49,268 bases of DNA from a virus (Duplodnaviria > Caudoviricetes): positions 1-49,268 of the IMG/VR virus record IMGVR_UViG_3300037511_000030; one strand, 5' to 3'. A program made the translations under genes and the position numbers. Shown here piece by piece: positions 26,178 through 35,152 of the stretch. The notes below the pieces were generated by a model. It searched no databases and was not told the DNA's origin. It worked only from the letters and a program-made list of their open reading frames with translations. The first letter of the stretch is position 1. Each line of letters opens with the position of its first letter.

Positions 26178-26373
26178 GGTAACCCTCCTTCACGATCTGC
26201 GCGTACTTCGCGTAGGTGACGCCGTCCGACGCCCACCCGATGGCCACGGTCTTGCCGGACACGACCACGCGCACGCGGCGCTCGGCCGGGCTGTGGCCCT
26301 CGCTCAGGTACTCGCGGTACTCGACCTGCTGCCCGAGCGCGCTCGTGGTCGGGTGGCTGATGTACTCGGCCAT
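26152..26373 (-). CDS. Hypothetical protein
   Basis: AAGGAG RBS before ATG at 26373. Confidence 0.6.
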   Translation of the reverse strand: MAEYISHPTTSALGQQVEYREYLSEGHSPAERRVRVVVSGKTVAIGWASDGVTYAKYAQIVKEGYRAEDRNEG

Positions 26374-26375
26374 GA

Positions 26376-26621
26376 TCAGATCTCCTTGATCTCCTCGGCG
26401 AGGTCTTCGAGCGTGGTGTGCCGGTCGGCGTGCAAGTCGCAGCACTGCGGCTGAGGGCCCTTCGGCTGGACCTTCTCCAGCACAAGCGCGATCACCTGCC
26501 GCTTGATGAGCACGGGCTCACACGGCCAGTTCTCGCCGCAGTACAGGCACGTCGTGGTGATGCCCTGCTCCCCCTCGGGCTCGCTCGGGATGTGGTGCAG
26601 CACGGAGCCGACGAACGTCAT
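26376..26621 (-). CDS. Hypothetical protein with H...CxxC..WPC zinc motif
   Basis: CLYCGENWPC motif common in small actinophage proteins. Confidence 0.65.
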   Translation of the reverse strand: MTFVGSVLHHIPSEPEGEQGITTTCLYCGENWPCEPVLIKRQVIALVLEKVQPKGPQPQCCDLHADRHTTLEDLAEEIKEI

Positions 26622-26740
26622 GATCCAATTCCCTTCTTGATGATCCAGTCGAAGACGCGGGGCGCCACGTAGGCGAGGGCGATGAAGCCCGCCCCCATGC
26701 CGATCACCACGCCGATGCACATAGCCAGAACGTCGCTCAT
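26618..26740 (-). CDS. Small membrane protein (40 aa)
   Basis: Single hydrophobic helix; ATGA overlaps on both sides. Confidence 0.55.
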   Translation of the reverse strand: MSDVLAMCIGVVIGMGAGFIALAYVAPRVFDWIIKKGIGS

Positions 26741-26865
26741 GCCGCGTACTCCTCGTCTTCGATCTCGGATGCTCGCTCTTCGCACTCCCACGAGCAGAAG
26801 CCGTTCGACGTCTCGGTGGCCGCGAACTCCTCGCGGCACTCGGGGTTCTCGCACCACTTCGTCAT
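26737..26865 (-). CDS. Small zinc-finger-like protein (42 aa)
   Basis: MTKWCENPEC...FCSWEC; ATG lies 6 nt after a TACCTT -10 (leaderless-like). Confidence 0.55.
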   Translation of the reverse strand: MTKWCENPECREEFAATETSNGFCSWECEERASEIEDEEYAA

Positions 26866-26925
26866 GCCCTAAAGGTACCATGCTGCCATGGGGAGCGCAA
26901 CCCCCTTCAGCGCGTGTAAACGAAA

Positions 26926-26951
26926 CGGCCCCCACCCGAAGGTGAGGGCCG
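26926..26951 (-). terminator. Intrinsic terminator-like hairpin
   Basis: cggccc..cacc-cgaa-ggtg.gggccg (UUCG loop on the minus strand) followed by TTTCGTTT. Confidence 0.7.
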
Positions 26952-26967
26952 CTCCGCGCGGGGCGGA

Positions 26968-27363
26968 TCAGGAACGACCGCCGCCGATGGTCGACGAGCA
27001 GTGCCCGTACGTGCCGTCCGCGTAGGAGATGGACGAGCACGCCTGGTAATACACCGCGACGTCCTCCGGCATGGACGTGCCGTACGCGTAGTCCCGGTAC
27101 GTGCCGCACCCGGCGGTGTTCCACAGGTTGTTGTAGATGCCCGCCTCGGGCGCCCACACGTGGGCCACCGCGCCGTGGTTGTCGCAGTCCGTGTCCCACA
27201 CGCGGATCACGTCGCCGTCGTTGTAGAACTTCACACACGCGGTCTGCGGGTCCGAGTTGCAGATCTTCGGACCGTCCGAGCCCGCGAACGCGGGGGAATT
27301 GACGGCCAGGATCAGGCCCGCCGACGCAACGGCCACACCGAGCGCCTTGGTGATCTTCTTCAC
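26968..27363 (-). CDS. Secreted Cys-rich protein
   Basis: Sec signal (KKITK, hydrophobic core, PAFA) and six Cys in the mature part; own promoter TAGACG-N17-TACTCT at 27393-27421. Confidence 0.75.
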   Translation of the reverse strand: MKKITKALGVAVASAGLILAVNSPAFAGSDGPKICNSDPQTACVKFYNDGDVIRVWDTDCDNHGAVAHVWAPEAGIYNNLWNTAGCGTYRDYAYGTSMPEDVAVYYQACSSISYADGTYGHCSSTIGGGRS

Positions 27364-27424
27364 GCGGTCCTCCTTGGGGTTGGTGAAGTACCAGAGTACC
27401 ACGCCAACCCCCGGGCGTCTACCC

Positions 27425-27880
27425 CTACTTGACCTGTCCCGCGTACTCGCGGTTGCCGTACAGCCGGTACTCGCGGGTCGGCGCGTTGACTACCTTCCGG
27501 CCCCGGTACGAGCCGGTGTTCGCGTTCACCGTGTAGCCCCCGCCCGTGTAAACGCCCACGTGCGTGATGTGCTTGGAGTCCTTGCCCCAGAAGAGCAGGT
27601 CCCCCGGCCGGGCCTTCGAGAGGGCCACATGCCGAGTCGCGTTGTACTGCTGCTGCGCCGTCCGGGGCAGGGTCTTGCCCGCGTGCGCGTACGCCTTCAT
27701 GGTGAGCCCCGAGCAGTCCCAGTAGCGGGGCCCGGTGCCGCCTAGGCGGTAGGGGTCACCGAGCTGCCCCCGCGCGTACGAGAGGGCCGAAGCCTGCGGG
27801 GTGGTGGCGTTGGCCGTGCCGGGTGCTACGAGGACGCCTACGGCCGCGCTGAGGGCCGCGAGGATGACGAGCTTCTTCAT
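27425..27880 (-). CDS. Secreted NlpC/P60 (C40) peptidase
   Basis: Signal peptide ending ANA; GDPY.LGG.GP..WDCSGL, LPRTA.QQ, PGDLLFW and HVGVY motifs. Confidence 0.92.
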   Translation of the reverse strand: MKKLVILAALSAAVGVLVAPGTANATTPQASALSYARGQLGDPYRLGGTGPRYWDCSGLTMKAYAHAGKTLPRTAQQQYNATRHVALSKARPGDLLFWGKDSKHITHVGVYTGGGYTVNANTGSYRGRKVVNAPTREYRLYGNREYAGQVK

Positions 27881-27922
27881 GATCTTGCCTCTCTGGTCGT
27901 TACCGATTGGTGACAGTAGCAA

Positions 27923-27944
27923 GGCGGCCCCCGAAGGGGCCGCC
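27923..27944. terminator. Hairpin
   Basis: ggcggcccc-cgaa-ggggccgcc, a perfect 9 bp stem. Confidence 0.65.
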
Positions 27945-27955
27945 GTGCCAGTCGT

Positions 27956-28567
27956 TCAGTCCGCGATCTCGGGGATCATCGTGGTGCCCTTGGGGCACAT
28001 CGGGTTGCCCATGTCCAGCCACTTGCGCGTGGTGCGGACCACGTAGCCGCAGCAGTCGCATTCGACCTTGATCATCCGCGTGCCCTGCTTCTTCGGGCCC
28101 GAGCCCTTGCCCGCGCCCTCACCCACGAGCATCTTCGCGTGGGGGTAGTCGCCCATGATCACGGTGAGCGCTTCGAGCTGGTCCTTCAGCTCCTCGCCCG
28201 GGACCGTCGCGGTCATCTTGCCTTCGAGACCGATCGCCACCGCGACCTTCTTGAACTCCGCACCGTGGCCGTGCTGGCAGTCATCCGCGACGTGCACCAG
28301 CTCGTGAGCCAGGATCGCGAGGACTTCCACGCTGTCCGACTTCTCGGGGCTGATGAAGACGTTCGAGATCTTGTCCTCGGCCGCCGTGCTGATCCACGTC
28401 CAGCCGATCGAGCCCTTCCGCGCGTTCTTGCTCCAGCCCGTCGAGACTCGGATCTTCTCGGGAAGGGTCACGCCCGCGTCCTCGAACCAGGGCCGCATGT
28501 GCTCGATCGCCTGCATCAGCCACGCCTCGCGGGTCTCGAACTCGCCCTCGTCGATGAAGTCGCTCAT
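27956..28567 (-). CDS. SprT-like zinc metalloprotease with C-terminal zinc ribbon
   Basis: LAHELVH...HG.EF motif; C-terminal CDCCGY...CP. Confidence 0.85.
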   Translation of the reverse strand: MSDFIDEGEFETREAWLMQAIEHMRPWFEDAGVTLPEKIRVSTGWSKNARKGSIGWTWISTAAEDKISNVFISPEKSDSVEVLAILAHELVHVADDCQHGHGAEFKKVAVAIGLEGKMTATVPGEELKDQLEALTVIMGDYPHAKMLVGEGAGKGSGPKKQGTRMIKVECDCCGYVVRTTRKWLDMGNPMCPKGTTMIPEIAD

Positions 28568-28591
28568 GGGGATCTCTCCTTCGGTTGTCTC

Positions 28592-28667
28592 GGGGCTTGT
28601 TCCCTTCGACTGATACCAAGGTACCTTGCTACCGTGTAAACGCGCAACCCCTTCGAGCAAGATTCTT
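28592..28667 (-). promoter_or_regulatory. Promoter with upstream box and leader hairpin
   Basis: AGAATCTTG box, TTGCGC-N18-TACCTT with GTTTACAC in the spacer, then GGG-AACAAG-CCC. Confidence 0.7.
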
Positions 28668-28729
28668 TCGAGCAACACGAAACCCCCAGGTGGGACCGCA
28701 CCCGGGGGCTTCGAAATCATGCTACGCGC

Positions 28730-28867
28730 TCACGCGCCGCCGGGCTTCTTCCGGCACTCCGCGCACGGGTTGCCCTGGTTCCGCGCGCCACAGCCCGAGC
28801 AGAACACGTCCTGCTCGTCGGGCTGAGTCCGCAGAGCCTCCGGCGTGAACCGCGCCCTACGCGCCAT
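28730..28867 (-). CDS. Small zinc-finger protein (45 aa)
   Basis: CSGC...CAEC; manually translated. Confidence 0.5.
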   Translation of the reverse strand: MARRARFTPEALRTQPDEQDVFCSGCGARNQGNPCAECRKKPGGA

Positions 28868-28884
28868 CAGGCGCAGCAACGCGC

Positions 28885-29034
28885 TCACAGCCGCGCCGCC
28901 AGGATCAGGCGGGCCTCAGCACGCGCGGTCTCGTCGAGCAGCAGCACGGGCGCCGGAGCGACCGCACCCCCGCACAGGTTGGCGCAGTTCCCGGCCGCCG
29001 TGAGCGGCCCTCCGCACTTCGGACACATGGTCAT
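28885..29034 (-). CDS. Small zinc-ribbon protein
   Basis: CPKCGG...CANLC; GGAGG RBS. Confidence 0.55.
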   Translation of the reverse strand: MTMCPKCGGPLTAAGNCANLCGGAVAPAPVLLLDETARAEARLILAARL

Positions 29035-29294
29035 ACCTCCACGAGTCGGGCCGCACTGCGCCACCGGCATACGGTGCGCTCGGCCACTCCCAGCACGCCC
29101 GCGATCTCGCGAGCGCTCTTCTTACGCGCGGTGAGGATCACCGCAACCGCGATCTTGTCCCGGTGGGCAAGACCGGCCCCAGCACCAGCCTGCGGCGCAC
29201 GGAGGACGACCGTCAACTGATCGTCTTCGTTCGCCGCACGGTCCGGGGTGCCCGCGTGAGGGCACGGACACCCCGGGATCATGCAGCCGATCAC
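29031..29294 (-). CDS. Helix-turn-helix DNA-binding protein
   Basis: SAREIAGVLGVAERTVCRWR. Confidence 0.75.
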   Translation of the reverse strand: MIGCMIPGCPCPHAGTPDRAANEDDQLTVVLRAPQAGAGAGLAHRDKIAVAVILTARKKSAREIAGVLGVAERTVCRWRSAARLVEV

Positions 29295-29587
29295 CGCATC
29301 ACGCGCTCGGCGTTGGCGATCATGAAGCCGCCCGCGAACTCCAGCGTCTTCGCGATCGTCTGAAGCGTGGCGTACGCCTCACGGGCCGTGGAGCCGATGT
29401 AACCGGCCTCCATGCCGTGGCCGACGACGCCCGGGGCCGCGAAGCCGTCCGCGTCCACGAGGGTCCAGCAGCCCACGCCGCGCTCCAGCGTGAAGCCGTC
29501 CGTGCTGACCCCGAGCGCCTGAAGGGCGGGGACGTAGCGGTCGGTGAACTGACGGCGGACGTCCACGGCGGTGAGTCGAGTGGTCAT
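29291..29587 (-). CDS. Hypothetical protein
   Basis: GAGGAGCACACC-ATG start. Confidence 0.75.
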   Translation of the reverse strand: MTTRLTAVDVRRQFTDRYVPALQALGVSTDGFTLERGVGCWTLVDADGFAAPGVVGHGMEAGYIGSTAREAYATLQTIAKTLEFAGGFMIANAERVMR

Positions 29588-29607
29588 GGTGTGCTCCTCG
29601 GTCCCTC

Positions 29608-29684
29608 GGGGGCTTGTTCCCCCTTCGATGTATCTACAGTACCACAGTACCTAGGACGCGCAACACCCCCGAACCAAGATCTTC
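29608..29684 (-). promoter_or_regulatory. Promoter with upstream box and leader hairpin
   Basis: AAGATCTTG box, TTGCGC-N16-TACTGT with tandem GGTACTGT, then GGGGG-AACAAG-CCCCC. Confidence 0.7.
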
Positions 29685-29701
29685 TGGCCGGGGGTGAGCG
29701 T

Positions 29702-30100
29702 TTACACGTCGCCGGGGTTGACCCCGAGCGCTTCGAGCACCTGGTCGAGATCGTCCGGGGAGACGTCGATCCCGTACTGGTCCAGCCACCGCGTAGCGTC
29801 CTCCCGGACGGCCTCCATGGCGGCCTCGCACATCTCCCGGTCGTGGCGCTCCCGGAACTCCTGCGCTTCCCTGATGACGGCCGCGAGCACCATCGCACGC
29901 GCGTCCATGAAGTCCACGTACGCGTTCCCGGCGGGCTCGATCGAGCGGACGTCTGTGGTGTCGTAGGCGTCGAGCAGGAACGCCCGGCCGCGCTCCAGAG
30001 CTTCGGTCTCGTGGGCCTCGTACGGGCCGATCGGCGCCGATACGTACGGGGCGTGCCCCTCGTCCGTCTTGTCGTGGACGACGGCTGCAAGGTAGATCAT
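29702..30100 (-). CDS. Acidic hypothetical protein
   Basis: GGGGAGCACCC-ATG start; GGTACGATGGTACTAC upstream. Confidence 0.75.
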   Translation of the reverse strand: MIYLAAVVHDKTDEGHAPYVSAPIGPYEAHETEALERGRAFLLDAYDTTDVRSIEPAGNAYVDFMDARAMVLAAVIREAQEFRERHDREMCEAAMEAVREDATRWLDQYGIDVSPDDLDQVLEALGVNPGDV

Positions 30101-30247
30101 GGGTGCTCCCCTCGGGGTCTCGAATGCTGCTGTAGTACCATCGTACCCTTACTGAGGGTACACGAAACCCCCGCCCGGGGGATGGACGGGGGTCGTGTCC
30201 GGCGGTACCTCGGGCATGGCCCGTGTGCCTAGGCCCGCTCGGTGGTC

Positions 30248-30613
30248 TCAGGCGTCGTGCGCCGTGTCGCCGTGGCCGTCGCCCTCGTAAGCGGGCTCCT
30301 GCTCGCTGTACGCGGCCGTGAGGTCTTCGCCGTGCTGGGACACGTCCGTGCCCTCGTCGGCGCTCTGGCCCTCGCCCATCAGCTCCGCGTAGAACTTCTT
30401 CACGGTCTCCTTGGCCTCCGTGAGCGCGTCGTTGGCGGCCAGCTCCTCGCGCTTCGCGTCCGCGTAGGCCCGGTACGCGCGGTCGTAGCGGCGCTGAGCG
30501 GCCTTCAGGGCGGTCGTCGCCGTGGCGAGGTCCGTCACCGGCTTCGGGGCGCGCTTCTTCGGCTCGGCCTTCGCCGTGGCCGTCTTCGCGGGCGTGGTCT
30601 TCCGTGCTGCCAT
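30248..30613 (-). CDS. Hypothetical coiled-coil protein with basic N-terminus and acidic C-terminus
   Basis: RBS present and good codon usage. Confidence 0.75.
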   Translation of the reverse strand: MAARKTTPAKTATAKAEPKKRAPKPVTDLATATTALKAAQRRYDRAYRAYADAKREELAANDALTEAKETVKKFYAELMGEGQSADEGTDVSQHGEDLTAAYSEQEPAYEGDGHGDTAHDA

Positions 30614-30618
30614 GGGTC

Positions 30619-30807
30619 CTACTCCTTGGGTGCGTCGGTGTCGATGATGATCGTGAGCTTCTGGAGCTTCCCGCCGAACGAGACGCGCGCCCCTACCTCG
30701 GTGGTGAGGTCCGCGCCGTCCTGCATGGCCTGCTCGGTGAAGGCGATGACGTCGGCCAGGGTCAGGAACGCACCCTTCGCGGCGGTAATCTCTATCCCCT
30801 TGCGCAT
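30619..30807 (-). CDS. Hypothetical protein
   Basis: ATG 6 nt after TAGCGC-N17-TACCGT (30814-30842), leaderless-like. Confidence 0.6.
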   Translation of the reverse strand: MRKGIEITAAKGAFLTLADVIAFTEQAMQDGADLTTEVGARVSFGGKLQKLTIIIDTDAPKE

Positions 30808-30975
30808 AGAACTACGGTACCACGCTCCCGAGCTACGCGCTACCCCCATATGCCTAGCGCGTGGTTCTCCTGCTTCAGCCGCTCCCACTCCTCGTAGTCA
30901 CGGCGCTGGAACGCGTCGAACTCGGCTTGCCTCCGGTAGCGCTTGATACGGCGCCACGTCCACAGCCACCGGAGG

Positions 30976-31521
30976 TCACTCCACATCCGGCGCATGTCCC
31001 ACCACCTCCCCGGGAATGGCGATCCGCCGGATGAGCGCGGGCATGATCTGCGGCACCCGCTGCTGCTGCTCGGACGTCAAGCCTAGCTGTGTAAACGCCT
31101 CGTTGATGATGGCGAACATCAGCTCGGCCTGCTTCTCCGCGAGCGCGATCTGACGCTCGCTCACCCCCGCGTCGATGCACAGCTTGGCCACCCGCGCGAG
31201 GTGCGCCCGCTCACGCTGCCACACGTCAAGCCACGCACGCTCGTTGGTGTCGGCCGTCTGCATGGCGCCCTTGTCGTCGTAGTTGGTCACCCCGAGGTCG
31301 ATCAGCTCGTCACCCCACTCGGCCATCTTCGACTCGATCCAGAAGCAGAAGCCCGCGCTGCGTTTCAGCTCGTCCACGAGCACGTCGATCGGGCTCATGT
31401 CCGCCGGGATGGGGAAGTTCCCGAACCGGGCCGTGGCCCGGATCTCTTCCACCGCGCGCTTCCGGCTGGCGGCATAGGTCACGCCGTGGGCCGGGTTGCT
31501 GCCCTTCTTCGGTCCAGCCAT
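30976..31521 (-). CDS. Terminase small subunit-like protein
   Basis: PIDVL.DEL.R.AG...W..ER..LARVAK..IDAGV.ERQI.LAE.QA pattern resembles helical TerS-like proteins of actinophages. Confidence 0.55.
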   Translation of the reverse strand: MAGPKKGSNPAHGVTYAASRKRAVEEIRATARFGNFPIPADMSPIDVLVDELKRSAGFCFWIESKMAEWGDELIDLGVTNYDDKGAMQTADTNERAWLDVWQRERAHLARVAKLCIDAGVSERQIALAEKQAELMFAIINEAFTQLGLTSEQQQRVPQIMPALIRRIAIPGEVVGHAPDVE

Positions 31522-31596
31522 GATCCACCTCCGTTGTCAGATTGTTACCAAAAAGAGGCCCGGATGCCTTGACATCCGAGCCTCCCTGTGCTGCTC

Positions 31597-31962
31597 TCAG
31601 CCGCCGAATCCGGCGCGCTCGATCTCCACCGTGGGCTTCAGCATGGCACCGATCTCACGGGCCCACTCCGGCGCCTTCTCCGGGTAGAAGCTCTCGTTGA
31701 TCACGTTCTGGAAGCTCGTGCTCACGCGGTGCCCGCCGGACAGCACCTTGCCGCCCCTGATCTTGATCTGGAACAGGTACCAGTACGGGGACGACGCGCC
31801 ACGGTTGACGCGGTACACGAGCTTGATGTGCGACGGCCGGAAGTTCCCGCCCCGGTACGAAGCCAGGAAGTCGAACCGGTTGTCGCCCTCGGCCACCGCA
31901 AGGTCGATCTCGCGGATGATCGTCTGCTCGGTGTCGATGATGCTCATGAAGTCGGGGATCAT
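31597..31962 (-). CDS. Hypothetical protein
   Basis: AAGGAGG RBS; promoter TTGTGC-N16-TACTCT at 31986-32013. Confidence 0.75.
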   Translation of the reverse strand: MIPDFMSIIDTEQTIIREIDLAVAEGDNRFDFLASYRGGNFRPSHIKLVYRVNRGASSPYWYLFQIKIRGGKVLSGGHRVSTSFQNVINESFYPEKAPEWAREIGAMLKPTVEIERAGFGG

Positions 31963-32040
31963 GTGTTCCTCCTTGGTGTGGTACCAGAGTACCACGAAGG
32001 GCCCGGAGCACAAGCCCCGGGCCCTCGCGTTTACACATCC

Positions 32041-32859
32041 TCAGCCGGTGACCGACCCGCCGTCACACCAGGCTTGCCAGTCGCCCGGGTGCTCCTTCGC
32101 GATGTGCTGCCCGAGCCGCATGATCCCCGGCTCAATCGTCGCGCAGAAAGGGCACGGCTTCGAGCCCTCCGCCACCGGGACGCCGTGCCACCGCTGCATG
32201 TGCTCGCGGAACATCCCGCGCCGGTAGATCCCCGGGCACTCCTTGCCCTCGGGGTCCTGATAGCACTTCAGGTGAGTGCCGTTCGCCAGCCCCTCCGGGT
32301 GATGCGCCACGCAGTCCTCGGTGCCGAACCCCACACCGGCGCACGTGCACTTCGCCCGCTCCCCGGCCGCGAGCTTCCGGGCCCGCTCGGTCAGGTTGGG
32401 CCGCTCGTCGTACACCGCGCCGCAGTGCTGGCACACCCCACCCTCACCGGGCGCGGCTGTGTGGTTCCCGGTGACCTCGCACACCGGCCGGTGCAGCGGG
32501 CACGGCGGGGTGGGCTCGACCGGCTGAGGGCAGGTGCAGCCCTCGATCGCGGCCACCCGGTACTCGGCTCCGGCCACCCCGGTCTCTTCGAGCCGCACCG
32601 TGACCCGCCCCGAGCCCTCGTCTTCGAGCAGGCCGGGCACGGCGCCATCGTCCACGAGGAACAGCAGCAGCGCGTTTACACACCGCCCGCACAGGTGCTT
32701 GCGCTGGTCCTTCTCGCCCTCCACCACGGCAGGGAAGGTGACCCGCCGCCAGTTCTCCGGCAGGGCCGGTTCCCGCATGAAGGCGACACCGGGGACCGCG
32801 ATCACGCTCCCGTTGACCTCAGCTTGACGGCCGCACCGGTCACACTCTGCCTTGATCAT
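32041..32859 (-). CDS. Multi-zinc-finger hypothetical protein
   Basis: Many CxxC pairs and C2H2-like motifs (EHMQRWH, CPFC...HIAKEH). Confidence 0.7.
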   Translation of the reverse strand: MIKAECDRCGRQAEVNGSVIAVPGVAFMREPALPENWRRVTFPAVVEGEKDQRKHLCGRCVNALLLFLVDDGAVPGLLEDEGSGRVTVRLEETGVAGAEYRVAAIEGCTCPQPVEPTPPCPLHRPVCEVTGNHTAAPGEGGVCQHCGAVYDERPNLTERARKLAAGERAKCTCAGVGFGTEDCVAHHPEGLANGTHLKCYQDPEGKECPGIYRRGMFREHMQRWHGVPVAEGSKPCPFCATIEPGIMRLGQHIAKEHPGDWQAWCDGGSVTG

Positions 32860-33053
32860 TCCGACCTGCTCTCTCCGATTGCGATCAGCGCCCACACGAT
32901 GGCGAACGCGAGCCGTACATCCCTGTCTCCCGGCCTCCCGGCCGCGTCGCAGGAGTCCGCCCCATTGGCCTCGTGCCAGGCCCGGTCAAGAGCCTCCCGG
33001 CTCCGGGACGGGACTCCCATGCGCGCCCCGCTCCCGTGCGGCTGGTGGTCCAT
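32856..33053 (-). CDS. Small hypothetical protein
   Basis: Fills the gap between the polymerase and the zinc-finger gene. Confidence 0.45.
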   Translation of the reverse strand: MDHQPHGSGARMGVPSRSREALDRAWHEANGADSCDAAGRPGDRDVRLAFAIVWALIAIGESRSE

Positions 33054-33054
33054 C

Positions 33055-35070
33055 TCAGTCCGCCTTCCCGAACGCCTTCGCGTCCACGGCCCCCGGTACG
33101 CCCGGGAACATCTCGTTCCACAGCTCCATGGCCGCGTCCTGGATCATCGCGGTCAGGGTCTCCGCGAGGTCGGAGGGCATCAGCACGATGATGCTGTCGT
33201 GCACGGTCATCAGCGGGCCAGCCCCGCCGATGCCTTCGTCGGCCGCGCGCTGGAACACACCGGCCGCTTCGCAGATCTCTTCGGTCTTCAGCAGCCACTC
33301 TTGGAAGAGCTGCTGAATCGAGCCCTGCACTACCTGATTCCAGCCCTTCCGGGCGTCCCAGTCCAGCTCACGTTGCGTGAACCACCGGAGCTGTCCGTTG
33401 GCCAGCCGGACGTATCCGGTCTCCTTGACGAACCGTTCCCACTGGTCAGCCATCTTCTTGTACTGCGGGTAGGCCCGCTTCCACGGGAAGACGACTTTCT
33501 TCGCTTCGGTCGCGGTGAGCTGGACGTCGCCGCCGGTCTGCCGCTTCACCTGCCGCTGGAAGGTGAGCCACCCGCCGTCGAAGATCAGCAGGAAGTTCGA
33601 CATCTTCGCCGTCTTCCGGTTGATCTTGACGAGGTCGGCGGTCTTCTGGTGCAGGTCTTCGCCGTTGCGGAACGCTTCGAGCATCGGCTTGCACCCGCTC
33701 AGCAGCGCGCCCACCCTCAACTCAGCCTGTGACAGGTCGAGTTCGATCAGGTCCCATCCCGCGTAGTTCGTCGCGACCTCGTGGGCGATCATCTGCCGCA
33801 CGGTCGGGGCGTCGAGCCCTTCGAGCGCCTTCGTCAGCTTGCCGTCGTGCGGCATGGCCTGAAGGTTGACACGCTCGATCGAGAGCCGGTCCGCCATGCC
33901 GTCGCTCTGCTTCGTCTCCTCGCGGAGCTGACGGATGCGGGCCCGAAGACGGCCGTCGTCGCCGGTCTTGTCGGCGTACCCGCCGTAGTACATGGACGCG
34001 AGCCGTCCGAGGTCCGTGTAGAGCTTCCACGGCTCCGCACCCATCACGCCGTCGCGGGCCATGTCGCCCAAGACCTCAGCGTCGAGCGTCGGCGCTCCGG
34101 CGGGCCACTTCTTCGACGGCTTGCCCACGTTCACCGGAGCGAGCCCGAGCCCGTTTACACCCTTGGACGACACCTCGTCACTGAAGAACCACTTCAGCGC
34201 GGCTTCCTTGTTGGCCGCGAAGGGGAGCTGCTTCGCCACCTGCCGCTGCTTGCTCTCGATCGCGCCGACGTAGCCCGCGCTGATCTCCTTCGGGAACGGC
34301 ATACCGCGCCGCTCCATCTTGACGAACTGCTTCATCAGCGGCATCTGCTTGGTGCAGAACTCGGTCCAGTCGCCGTATCCGTCCATGAACTCGGCCTGCT
34401 GGACCCGGAAGACCTTCAGCGTCAGGATGGCGTCCACGGCCGCGTACTCGCCCATGATGATCCACGGCACGAGGTCGTAACCCGAGCCCCACGCCGGGTA
34501 CTTGGGGTACTTCCGCTTGTTCTTCGTGATCCACGCCTTCACCGGGTCTCCGAGCTTGCGCCCGAGCTTCAGCCGGTCGGCCGTGGGTCCGAGCCCCTTC
34601 GGGTGGACGGGCCACAGGTTCTTGCAGCCCAAGATCGTGTCCCACTGGACGAGGTGGTCCATCTTGATCCACTGACGGCCGCACGGCGCCCACTCTGGGG
34701 TGCCCGCATCCATCATGATCAGGTCGTACTGCGCGTTGTGCATGACGACGCGGCAGTCCACGAGCCACGCGTACAGGGCGCCCCATTCGGCGCCGGGCAG
34801 GTTGATGTCCTCGTCGCCGCCGAAGAGTGTAAACGCGCCGTCGAACCAGGGCTGGCACTCCACGCCCTGCGCGAACGGGAACGCCACCCCTCGGACGCCG
34901 TCGTCCTCCGGCAGGCTGCACGGCTCCAGCTCGTCGGCCGTGAACCACGCCACCGACACCACGGAGACGCGAGCGCCGTCGTCGGGGTACAGGCCGGAGG
35001 TCTCGGTGTCGAGCGAGATCCACGCCCCCGGCCGGAGCCGGGGGAGCTGGGACGGACGGAAGATGCTCAT
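33055..35070 (-). CDS. Family A DNA polymerase with 3'-5' exonuclease
   Basis: DTETSG, HNAQYD and YAAVD exonuclease motifs; DLSQAELR (motif A), RKTAKMSNF (B) and VHDS (C). Confidence 0.95.
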   Translation of the reverse strand: MSIFRPSQLPRLRPGAWISLDTETSGLYPDDGARVSVVSVAWFTADELEPCSLPEDDGVRGVAFPFAQGVECQPWFDGAFTLFGGDEDINLPGAEWGALYAWLVDCRVVMHNAQYDLIMMDAGTPEWAPCGRQWIKMDHLVQWDTILGCKNLWPVHPKGLGPTADRLKLGRKLGDPVKAWITKNKRKYPKYPAWGSGYDLVPWIIMGEYAAVDAILTLKVFRVQQAEFMDGYGDWTEFCTKQMPLMKQFVKMERRGMPFPKEISAGYVGAIESKQRQVAKQLPFAANKEAALKWFFSDEVSSKGVNGLGLAPVNVGKPSKKWPAGAPTLDAEVLGDMARDGVMGAEPWKLYTDLGRLASMYYGGYADKTGDDGRLRARIRQLREETKQSDGMADRLSIERVNLQAMPHDGKLTKALEGLDAPTVRQMIAHEVATNYAGWDLIELDLSQAELRVGALLSGCKPMLEAFRNGEDLHQKTADLVKINRKTAKMSNFLLIFDGGWLTFQRQVKRQTGGDVQLTATEAKKVVFPWKRAYPQYKKMADQWERFVKETGYVRLANGQLRWFTQRELDWDARKGWNQVVQGSIQQLFQEWLLKTEEICEAAGVFQRAADEGIGGAGPLMTVHDSIIVLMPSDLAETLTAMIQDAAMELWNEMFPGVPGAVDAKAFGKAD

Positions 35071-35152
35071 TTACGCCCCTGCCTCACGGACACGAGCATG
35101 ACGCCCGAGCCCAGTAGAAAGCCGATGATGAACCAGGCCAGTTCCGCGCCGG

